From contig JBDHJU010000029.1 in the NCBI GenBank assembly GCA_039586755.1, positions 3,007-67,006 of the forward strand: a DNA stretch of 64,000 nt, in the 5' to 3' direction. The DNA is from Gemmatimonadota bacterium. Lineage in GTDB: Bacteria; Gemmatimonadota; Gemmatimonadetes; Palauibacterales; KS3-K002. Shown here in pieces: positions 27,986 through 35,903 of this stretch; the first letter of the stretch is position 1, and each line of letters opens with the position of its first letter. A program made the position numbers and the translations under genes. The notes under the pieces are model-generated. The model ran no database searches, was not told where the DNA came from, and saw nothing but the letters and a program-made list of their open reading frames with translations.

Positions 27986-30048
27986 TGTCCTTACCCTCCG
28001 TCGCACTCGCTCTGCTGGCCTCGGTCGCCTCGGCCCAGGAGCCCGACTCGTCCTTCGTGCTGCAGGCGGTGAGAGCGGCCGCGCCGCCGACCATCGATGG
28101 GGTCATCGGGGAAGGCGAGTGGGCCGGCGCAGCGATAGCCGAGAACTTCATCCAATTCGAGCCGCGCGTCGGCGAGCCGTCGGTGGTCTTCTCGCAGGCA
28201 CTCGTGATGTACGATTCGACTGCGCTCTACGTCGCCTTCCGCCTCCGCGACTCCGAGCCGCCTACCGCCCAACTCACGCGCCGCGACGCCGACCTGCTCG
28301 AAGACGATGCCGTCGTCATACTGCTCGATACGTACAACGACAACCGCTCCGGCTTCCTCTTCGTGACCAATGCTCTGGGCACTCAGGGCGACGGACAGAT
28401 CAGGGACGACGGTCGGACGGTCGATGCCACGTGGGACGCGACCTGGAGCTCCGCTGCGCAGCTGACCAGAACGGGTTGGACGGCCGAGTTCGCCATCCCG
28501 TTTGGCTCTATGAGCTATAAGGCCGGCGACGAGGTCACCTGGGGCATCAACTTCGGTCGCAGCCGCAGGCGAACGTTGGAGCTCAGCTACTGGGCGGGCC
28601 CACTCGACAACCAGTGGCGGATGTCGCAGGCGGGGTCCATTGTCGGGCTCCAGGTAGCTCCGCCGGCACGCCGTTACCGCCTCATCCCGTACGGCCTCTC
28701 ACGCATCGAGCAGGGCGGAGGCGAGCTCGATTACAGGGCCGACTGGCAGGCCGGCCTCGACGTGCGCTACGCCATCACGCCCGAGATGGCGGCCTTCCTC
28801 ACCGTGAATCCCGACTTCGCCATCATCGAGGCCGACCAGGAAAGGGTGAATCTGACACGCTTCGAGTTGGCACTCGACGAGAAGCGGCCCTTCTTCCTGG
28901 AGAGCGCCCAGCAGTTTCGGCAGCGGATCCGCACCTTCTACACCCGGCGGATCTCCGACGTCAGGGTCGGTGGCCAGGTCCTGGGGAAACAGGGCCCCTG
29001 GAACCTGACAGGCATCGCGACCTGGTCCGAGGTCGATACCGGCCCCCCGTTGCCGGGGGCGCCCGACGTTGAGCAGCCGAGAGCGGCCTACTCGATCGCC
29101 CGAGCGCAGCGCGATGTGTTGGGCTCATCCAATGTGGCGCTGATGATCGCCAACCGTACGCTGGAAGGAGAGAGCCAGGGGTCGGCGAGCAGCGACGCTA
29201 CTTTGTTCTTCACCAGGACACTGGGCATGACGGCGCAGGTCGCCCAGAGCTGGGGCCCGTCCAACACCGGGACCTGGGCCTACTTCATACGGCCGGCCTA
29301 CGATTCGCCGACCAGCCACTTCCACGTCCGCTACACGCACCTCGGCCATAGCTTCGCCGACAACGTCAACGTCATTGGGTTCATTCGCGACGACGACAGG
29401 CGCGAGATCGACTCGGCGCTCGACCACACGTTCTGGATCCGCCGTGGCGCGTTCGAGCGCATCGCTTACGACTCGAACTACAACATCTACTGGAGCCAGC
29501 AGGGCACTCTGCGTAGCTGGCAGATCGACCAGGAGCTCGAGGTCGAGCTGCGCAGCCGCTGGTCGATGGAGCTCGAATACCAGGAGGAGTTCAAGCGCTT
29601 CGAGAAGGACTTCCGCAATCGCCAGCTCGGCGTAGAGATCGGCTACAACACCCGCCAGTTCCAGTCGGCCCGCGCCGGAGTCCTCGCCGGTAGGAACTTC
29701 GATGCCGACTTCCAATTGTGGACCGCCAGCGCCGCAGTCAAACCGACCGCCCAGCTCTCACTCGAGTACGAGCTGGAGCGCCTGGTGCTGGACCCGGATC
29801 CGGAAAACGAGAGTACCTGGATCCATGTCGTTCGCGCCGACCAGTTCTTCACCCCGGATCTCTTCTTGAAGGTCTTCTTTCAAACCAATTCCGCGATCAG
29901 TAAAGAGAACATCCAGGCCGTCTTCGTCTACCGTTATCGCCCGCCCTTCGGTACCATCCAGCTGGCCTACCAGCGCGGCACGGGGGAGTTCGGCGAACGC
30001 TCCCAGCAGGGGAACACCCTCTTCTTGAAGGTGACCGCCGTTTTCTGA
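27985..30048 (+). CDS. DUF5916/carbohydrate-binding-family-9-like outer-membrane protein (CBM9-like N-domain + beta-barrel)
   Basis: Signal peptide ...SLPSVALALLASVASAQEP, then IDGVIGEGEWAGAAIAENFIQFEPRVGEPS...ALYVAFRL (CBM9-like). A long beta-rich region ends ...LFLKVTAVF (terminal Phe). The start is uncertain: either GTG 27985, which overlaps the amrS stop, or TTG 27946. Confidence 0.65.
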   Translation: MSLPSVALALLASVASAQEPDSSFVLQAVRAAAPPTIDGVIGEGEWAGAAIAENFIQFEPRVGEPSVVFSQALVMYDSTALYVAFRLRDSEPPTAQLTRRDADLLEDDAVVILLDTYNDNRSGFLFVTNALGTQGDGQIRDDGRTVDATWDATWSSAAQLTRTGWTAEFAIPFGSMSYKAGDEVTWGINFGRSRRRTLELSYWAGPLDNQWRMSQAGSIVGLQVAPPARRYRLIPYGLSRIEQGGGELDYRADWQAGLDVRYAITPEMAAFLTVNPDFAIIEADQERVNLTRFELALDEKRPFFLESAQQFRQRIRTFYTRRISDVRVGGQVLGKQGPWNLTGIATWSEVDTGPPLPGAPDVEQPRAAYSIARAQRDVLGSSNVALMIANRTLEGESQGSASSDATLFFTRTLGMTAQVAQSWGPSNTGTWAYFIRPAYDSPTSHFHVRYTHLGHSFADNVNVIGFIRDDDRREIDSALDHTFWIRRGAFERIAYDSNYNIYWSQQGTLRSWQIDQELEVELRSRWSMELEYQEEFKRFEKDFRNRQLGVEIGYNTRQFQSARAGVLAGRNFDADFQLWTASAAVKPTAQLSLEYELERLVLDPDPENESTWIHVVRADQFFTPDLFLKVFFQTNSAISKENIQAVFVYRYRPPFGTIQLAYQRGTGEFGERSQQGNTLFLKVTAVF

Positions 30049-30282
30049 GCCACCGGGGCGGCGTTGCTACGCGGCGGTCCTGGCCGCATCTTGTGCCCCA
30101 AGCCCCGATACTAGGTGACGGAGCCAGCGTGGGAGGCGCTGGGGTCCTGCGAGCGTAACTCGCGAGCGGGCACGATGGCGCTACGTCCTCGCTCGCGTAC
30201 GCGAGCGGTAAAGCGAAAGGACCCCACGCCGACCCGTAACCACCGGAGTGGAGATATTCGCTAACCCTGGGAGGATCACGAG

Positions 30283-31740
30283 ATGTCGGATGCTATCGCT
30301 GGACTGAAGCCTGAACCCGTGTGGAGATACTTCGCCGAGATCAGCCAGATCCCGCGCGAGTCGAAGAACGAGAAGCAGATCTCGAACTACGTCATGGGGG
30401 TCGCCAAGCGGCTCGGCCTCGAGGCGAAGCAGGACGGTGCGCTGAACGTCGTGGTCAAGAAACCAGCCACCGCCGGCCGCGAGGGCACGCCCAGCGTCTG
30501 CCTGCAGGGTCACCTCGACATGGTCTGCGAGAAGAACAAGGGCGTCGAGCACGATTTCGAGAAGGACCCGATCCGGCTCGTTCGCCAGGGCAATCTTCTT
30601 ATGGCTGACGGAACGACGCTGGGCGCCGACAACGGCATCGCCGTCGCCACGAACCTGGCGATCATGGAGGATCGCTCGCTGGAGCACGGGCCACTCGAGT
30701 TCCTGTTCACCGTCGATGAGGAGACCGGGCTCACCGGCGCCGGCTTCCTCAAGCCCGGGTTCGTCGAGAGTAGGATCCTCCTCAACCTCGATTCCGAGGA
30801 AGAAGGCGAGATCTTCGTGGGCTGCTCCGGTGGCCGCGATACCTCCGGTACCTGGCGCGTGAACTTCATGCGGGCGCCGGGCGGCTCGGTCCCCATGCGA
30901 CTCAAGGTGCAGGGCCTGGTCGGCGGTCACTCGGGCCTCGAGATCGACAAGGGGCGCGGCAACTCGATCAAGACGCTTGCTCGAGTGCTCTATGAGTTGC
31001 ACGAGATCGGCGCGCGCCTCGCCCACATCGAAGGCGGAAACAAGCGGAACGCGATTCCCCGCGAGGCCGAGGCCCTGGTCTTCGTGCCCAAGGACAAAGT
31101 CCGCAAGGCACAGGCGATCGCCAAGAAGTTGGACGAGACGATAGGTGCCGAGCTGGCCAGCGTCGACCCCGACCTGTCGATCACGCTGGAGCGCGAGAGC
31201 GGCGATGTCGAGCGCCAGGTTATGAAGAAGGACCAGCAGGAGGGGATAATCAAAGCGCTCGTCGCGCTGCCCCACGGCGTCACCAAGATGAGCGTTGACA
31301 TTCCGGGACTGGTGGAGACGTCGACCAACGTCGCGGTCCTCAGCACGGCGGGGAGCAAGATCATGCTGGAGACCAGCCAGCGCAGCTCGGTGGCATCCGA
31401 GATCGAGGAGATCGTCCAGACGGTCGCGACGATCCTCGAGCTCAGCGGCGCCAAGGTCGTTCAGGATTCCGGCTACCCCGGTTGGAAGCCGAACCTCGAC
31501 TCGCCGATTCTCAAGATCGCCAAATCGACTTACCAACAGCTCTACGGCAAACAACCCGGCGTCCAGGCCGTACACGCCGGACTCGAGTGCGGCATCATCG
31601 GCGAAAAATATCCGGGCATGGACATGATTTCGTTCGGCCCGACGCTCGAAGGCGTTCATTCGCCCGACGAAAAAATGCACATCGACACGGTGGAGAAATT
31701 CTGGGACTACCTGCTGGCGATCTTGAAAAACGTGAGCTGA
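30283..31740 (+). CDS. pepD: Aminoacyl-histidine (Xaa-His) dipeptidase, M20C family
   Basis: MSDAIAGLKPEPVWRYFAEISQIPRESKNEKQISNYV...CLQGHLDMVCEKN...DNGIAVA...HSGLEI is a full-length PepD-like sequence. Confidence 0.9.
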   Translation: MSDAIAGLKPEPVWRYFAEISQIPRESKNEKQISNYVMGVAKRLGLEAKQDGALNVVVKKPATAGREGTPSVCLQGHLDMVCEKNKGVEHDFEKDPIRLVRQGNLLMADGTTLGADNGIAVATNLAIMEDRSLEHGPLEFLFTVDEETGLTGAGFLKPGFVESRILLNLDSEEEGEIFVGCSGGRDTSGTWRVNFMRAPGGSVPMRLKVQGLVGGHSGLEIDKGRGNSIKTLARVLYELHEIGARLAHIEGGNKRNAIPREAEALVFVPKDKVRKAQAIAKKLDETIGAELASVDPDLSITLERESGDVERQVMKKDQQEGIIKALVALPHGVTKMSVDIPGLVETSTNVAVLSTAGSKIMLETSQRSSVASEIEEIVQTVATILELSGAKVVQDSGYPGWKPNLDSPILKIAKSTYQQLYGKQPGVQAVHAGLECGIIGEKYPGMDMISFGPTLEGVHSPDEKMHIDTVEKFWDYLLAILKNVS

Positions 31741-31825
31741 ACGCCAAACCTTGCGCAGGCGGCTCGTTAGACTGCAAATTATACCGACTCCAGCGCCGGC
31801 CGCATTACACGAGGGAGGGGCGAAG

Positions 31826-32029
31826 ATGGCGAAGACGACTTTCGTGGTGAAAAGCCACAAGGACGGCTGGCACGTGCAGAAGGAAGGCAAGAGGTCGCCG
31901 GAGAGCTTCCACAAGAAGAAAGCCATCGCCGTCAAGAAGGGAAGATCGCTGGCGAAGAAATCGAAAGGCTACCTGAAGATCAAGGCCAAGACGGGCAAGA
32001 TCCAGGCGAAGCGCTACTACGGCGAATAA
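31826..32029 (+). CDS. DUF2188 domain small protein
   Basis: MAKTTFVVKSHKDGWHVQKEGKRSPESFHKKKAIAVKKGRSLAKKSKGYLKIKAKTGKIQAKRYYGE has the characteristic DUF2188 pattern. A GAGGGAGGGG RBS lies 6 nt upstream. Confidence 0.75.
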   Translation: MAKTTFVVKSHKDGWHVQKEGKRSPESFHKKKAIAVKKGRSLAKKSKGYLKIKAKTGKIQAKRYYGE

Positions 32030-32208
32030 CTTCGTAGCGTGCGGGATGATCGCCTTCTGTCATCCCTCAATCACGAAGACGCCAATCCAAGTCGATCAAC
32101 CGGGTGGGCACCAGTGTCTCTGGTGCTCACCTTTTCTTTCGCGCATCTTGTTGCCGTAGCCCAGGTCTCCTACATAGTCGAAACTCGTTTTGCAGGCCGG
32201 TCCTCACG

Positions 32209-34566
32209 GTGAACGATAGGCGCAGCAAGCTGGGCCTCGCGCTGTCCGGCGGCGGTTTCCGGGCATCCTTCTTCCATCTCGGCGTCCTGCGGCGCCTGGC
32301 CGAGCTCGACGTTCTCAGGCACGTGGAGGTCCTCTCCACCGTATCCGGCGGTTCCATACTGGCGGCCCTCTACATCCTCGTCCTAAAAAAGTACATCGAT
32401 CGCAAAGCCGACCTAGACCGCGACGACTACGTCGAGATCGTCAAGGAGGTCGAGGACGATTTCCTCGCGGGTGTTCGCAAGAACCTGCGCACGCGGCTGC
32501 TGTTGAACCCGTTCGCGACACTCTGGATCATCGTGTCGAACTCGACCCTGGCTCAGCGGATGAGCCGTCTGTACCAACGTCATCTCTACAGGCGGATCGT
32601 CGACGAGCTTCGCCACAAAGGCCAGCTGAAGCGCGCGGGGAAGGCGGGCGAGGTCGCCCTCAAAGATGCTCGTTTCCTGCCAGGAGGCGAAGAAGTCGTC
32701 GGTGGGGTGGAGGAGTACAACCGCACGCACTCGACCAAAATCCCGCAGCTCGTCCTCAACGCCACGACCCTCAATTCCGGGCGCGATTGGCGGTTCACCA
32801 GTGTCGAGGTCGGCGATTCGGTGCTCGGGTTCCTGCGTTACGACGAGATCGACGACCTCGTCGACTACCGGCGCGAGCTGGCAGAGAGAGCGCTCGAGGA
32901 CCTCATACGGAGCGTTGAGACACCGCCGCAGCGCTTCGGGTCCGAGGTGGTGGTGGCGGCCATCTTCCGGCTGCTGTGGCAGGAAGCCGACGCCGAGGCT
33001 AGGGCCGATTTCGGGAAGCACGCCCGAGAGGTACTGACGGGTGCAGGCATCGACCTCGGCCCTTGGCCGGTTCTCGACGGGATCTGTAAAGAGGGGTTCC
33101 CCCTTCGCCGCTTCATGTCCTGCGAGCTGGGTGAATTGCGGGCGGCCAAGCAGGAAGCGTGGTATGTGTGCCGCGGCCCGCGTGACGGTGTGCCGGCGGG
33201 ATTACCGCGCGGCCAGCGCGCCCGTCGCTTCTGGTTGGCGATACGCGAAATCGGAGCGGATGTCTGGGGCGAGTGCCGACGGCTAGTCGGCGAGTCGCCC
33301 GAGCGGCTAGAAGCTCTGATGGCGTTCGTTATCGATCTCTACCAGCTGCGCACGAGTCTTCTCATCGGTTCGAAAGCGAAGCGTGACTTCGAGAAGATCA
33401 CGCTTGCCGATGCGGTGGCGGCCTCGGCCTGCTTCCCGCCCGTGTTTCCGCCCTACACGATCCTCGGCCTCTACGATGATACACACGTTGCCACGCTGCG
33501 CCTCACCGACGGCGGCGTCTTCGACAATCAAGGCATGTCAGCGCTCTTCGAGGAAGAGTGCACGCACATCATCGCCAGCGATGCCGGCGGCCTGATGCAG
33601 GTCGAGCGGCGCGTGACGGCGGGTCGCTTCGGGATGATGGGACGGATCTTCTCGATCCTGATGGACAACGTTCGTAACCTCCAGATTCGTAGGTTGAGGG
33701 AGGAGCGGCGCGTCACGGCGGGCCTCAGCGGAGTCGACGGCCAGGATCCTGCCCTGGACGATCTCAAGCAGCGATACGGGCTGGATGGCGCCGCGTTCTT
33801 CCATATGACCACACCTCCCGAGGACGGCGATCCGGAGGGCCTGCCGCCTCACCCGGAAGCGAAAGCAATCGCCTGCATCCGCACCGACCTCGACGCCTTC
33901 GGCGACGGCGAGATAGCTGCACTTTTCTACCAGGGCTATTCGCTCGCCGATCGCTTCGTGCGCCGGTACCTCGGCCGCTCGCCGTTCGCTTCGTCCGACT
34001 GGAAACCGGCCGACCGCGCACCGCTGCCGCGGATGAGGCAAGAGGATTGCCCGGCCCGGAGATTCGCCGAGGGAGGTGAACGGAGGGTCATCGAGGCGGG
34101 CGCACTACGTTTCTTCAGGTCGCTGAAATTGAGGGCCTGGGAAGCGTGGCTGTTCACCCTCGCCTTGCTTGCCGGTGCGATCGTCGCTGGCTGGGAGGTT
34201 AGCCTATCGCTCGCCGGTCTTTTGGCGGCGCTCGGCGACGCGCTGGAAAGAATATGGCCTTTTGCGGTGGACCGACCGGTGCCGGTGGTCGTATGGGTTC
34301 TGGGTATAGCGCTGCTCATCGCCTGGTACGTCCTCTGGCCGAAGCTGATGCGGAAGCTTGGAAAGGTGCGCCCGTTCGTTACCATCGTTAAGTGGATACG
34401 CGCCATCGCCGGAAACTTCCTGTGGGTCTTCGGGCTGCTTCCGGTCTGGGTGTCCCTCGCTGGCGCGTTGATCGCCACGACAAGTCACGTCGTATATAAT
34501 GGTGCATTCCTACGCGTCACAGGTTACTTCGATCGTTGCCTCGAGTCCTGGTTGGGAGAGGGCTGA
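32209..34566 (+). CDS. Patatin-like phospholipase with large C-terminal extension ending in a multi-TM domain
   Basis: Oxyanion hole LALSGGGFRASFFHLGVL. Nucleophile region VLSTVSGGSILAAL, a GxSxG variant. Catalytic Asp motif LRLTDGGVFDNQG. C-terminal hydrophobic helices are WLFTLALLAGAIVAGW, VPVVVWVLGIALLIAWYVLW and NFLWVFGLLPVWVSLAGALIA. The start is uncertain between GTG 32209 and GTG 32104. Confidence 0.8.
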   Translation: MNDRRSKLGLALSGGGFRASFFHLGVLRRLAELDVLRHVEVLSTVSGGSILAALYILVLKKYIDRKADLDRDDYVEIVKEVEDDFLAGVRKNLRTRLLLNPFATLWIIVSNSTLAQRMSRLYQRHLYRRIVDELRHKGQLKRAGKAGEVALKDARFLPGGEEVVGGVEEYNRTHSTKIPQLVLNATTLNSGRDWRFTSVEVGDSVLGFLRYDEIDDLVDYRRELAERALEDLIRSVETPPQRFGSEVVVAAIFRLLWQEADAEARADFGKHAREVLTGAGIDLGPWPVLDGICKEGFPLRRFMSCELGELRAAKQEAWYVCRGPRDGVPAGLPRGQRARRFWLAIREIGADVWGECRRLVGESPERLEALMAFVIDLYQLRTSLLIGSKAKRDFEKITLADAVAASACFPPVFPPYTILGLYDDTHVATLRLTDGGVFDNQGMSALFEEECTHIIASDAGGLMQVERRVTAGRFGMMGRIFSILMDNVRNLQIRRLREERRVTAGLSGVDGQDPALDDLKQRYGLDGAAFFHMTTPPEDGDPEGLPPHPEAKAIACIRTDLDAFGDGEIAALFYQGYSLADRFVRRYLGRSPFASSDWKPADRAPLPRMRQEDCPARRFAEGGERRVIEAGALRFFRSLKLRAWEAWLFTLALLAGAIVAGWEVSLSLAGLLAALGDALERIWPFAVDRPVPVVVWVLGIALLIAWYVLWPKLMRKLGKVRPFVTIVKWIRAIAGNFLWVFGLLPVWVSLAGALIATTSHVVYNGAFLRVTGYFDRCLESWLGEG

Positions 34567-34567
34567 T

Positions 34568-35032
34568 ATGAGACATAGCGGGAGAGATACGGGGAAGGCG
34601 CTGCGTCGAGCGCTGCAGCTGACCGTCCTGGCCGCGACATTGGCCGGGCTAGGCTGCCAGATCAAGCTGGTCGCCGACTACGATGAGATCACCGACCGCT
34701 CGATCACTGCACTGCAGCGCGAGTTCGAGCTCTTCTTCATCGACGTAGAGCGCAATCTCCACACGCCCGATGCGGTTCATGACAACTACATCGGGTTCTA
34801 CGACGAGGTGCGGGCCGAATTGAGCGTCATAAGGGTGCGCGCCGCCGCCCGGCCGAAGAACGAGATCACAGTCGAGCAACTCGACCTCGTGGCGCAGAAC
34901 GTCGACAATCTCGAGGAGCTGCACAAATTAGGGTTCGACAGTCCGGAGGAGCTGGAACCGCTACGCGCCGCGTTTCAGCAGAGCTTCCAGGCGATACTGA
35001 CGCTTGAGCTGGCCAAGAAGCGGGGCCAGTAG
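34568..35032 (+). CDS. Hypothetical secreted (possibly lipo-)protein, translationally coupled to patatin gene
   Basis: ATG lies 1 nt after the patatin TGA. Signal peptide MRHSGRDTGKALRRALQLTVLAATLAGLGCQIKL. The mature region is DYDEITDRSITALQREFELFFIDVERNLHTPDAVHDNYIGFYDEV.... No family was recognised. Confidence 0.55.
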   Translation: MRHSGRDTGKALRRALQLTVLAATLAGLGCQIKLVADYDEITDRSITALQREFELFFIDVERNLHTPDAVHDNYIGFYDEVRAELSVIRVRAAARPKNEITVEQLDLVAQNVDNLEELHKLGFDSPEELEPLRAAFQQSFQAILTLELAKKRGQ

Positions 35033-35040
35033 GAGGGTAT

Positions 35041-35370
35041 ATGGCTATCAGGGTGCCGAGTCTGGCGAAACAGATGTTGGACGCATCCCGTGCGGTCCTC
35101 GAGGACAGCTGGCCCGAGATCAAGGACTACGCGAAGGCCGAGTTCAAAAAGACCGCGGAGAGCATAGCGATGATCGTGCGGCTCCACGCGGCGGGTAAGT
35201 TGACAAAGAAAAAAGCCCGCTTGCACCTGGAGATCCAGAAGAACGCATCCCGCACCGTCCTGCTGACGATCGAAGGCATGGGCATCATAGCGGTCGAGCG
35301 AGCGATCAACGCCGCGCTGGGTGCGGTAAGGGATACTGTAAACACGGCCGTCGGCTTCAGGCTCATCTGA
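35041..35370 (+). CDS. Hypothetical small cytosolic protein (109 aa)
   Basis: AGGAGGGTAT-ATG RBS, 8 nt after the upstream stop. Product MAIRVPSLAKQMLDASRAVLEDSWPEIKDYAKAEFKKTAESIAMIVRLHAAGKLTKKKARLHLEIQKNA.... Confidence 0.55.
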   Translation: MAIRVPSLAKQMLDASRAVLEDSWPEIKDYAKAEFKKTAESIAMIVRLHAAGKLTKKKARLHLEIQKNASRTVLLTIEGMGIIAVERAINAALGAVRDTVNTAVGFRLI

Positions 35371-35471
35371 GTATACCGCGACCGTCCAACGAAGCCCTCA
35401 GTTCTGCCTGCAAGTCGAGGAGCGTCCTGCTCGCAGAGAAGTCGACGGTCAAAGAAGAGGGAGATCAGGAA

Positions 35472-35834
35472 ATGGACACAGCAGTCGTCGTCATTCAGAT
35501 CATAGTCGCCTTGGGTATTCTCAATGTCTGGATACTGCGGTATGGAAAGCCCACGAGTTGGCGAGGTGGCGATGCTAAGAACATGAAGGAAGAGTTCGAG
35601 GTATATGGCCTCCCGGGTTGGTTCACGAATTTAGTCGGTTTTCTGAAGTTGCTCTTAGCCGCACTATTGATCGCGGGCCTTTGGGTCCCGGCCTTGACGA
35701 GACCCGCAGCAGTTGGATTGGCTGTCCTGATGCTCGGTGCAGTATCGATGCATGTCAAAGTCAAAGACCCTCTGAAGAAGTCTTTGCCCGCTCTAACCAT
35801 GCTCGTGCTTTCTGTGATCGTAGCAGTCATGTAA
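35472..35834 (+). CDS. DoxX-family small membrane protein
   Basis: 120 aa with 3-4 TM helices. ILNVWILRYGKPTSWRGGDAKNMKEEFEVYGLPGWFTNLVGFLKLLLAALLIAG fits the DoxX pattern. GC is about 52%, much lower than the genome. Confidence 0.65.
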   Translation: MDTAVVVIQIIVALGILNVWILRYGKPTSWRGGDAKNMKEEFEVYGLPGWFTNLVGFLKLLLAALLIAGLWVPALTRPAAVGLAVLMLGAVSMHVKVKDPLKKSLPALTMLVLSVIVAVM

Positions 35835-35903
35835 GAGCGAAGAGACAGGGTGGGCGGTTCAGGCCGCCGCCCCCGGTCGGCCTGAAGAATCTCCCGGACG
35901 ATA

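Noticed and set aside
26684-28006. 440-aa minus-strand ORF
   Set aside because: It is antisense to amrS, whose identity is unambiguous (radical SAM motifs), and shows shadow-ORF composition.
30181-31935. 584-aa minus-strand ORF
   Set aside because: It is antisense to the clearly identifiable pepD and is a shadow ORF.
35835-35903. Possible hairpin GGCGG-ttcagg-CCGCC after DoxX
   Set aside because: The stem is only 5 bp and has no U-tract, so it is too weak to call a terminator.
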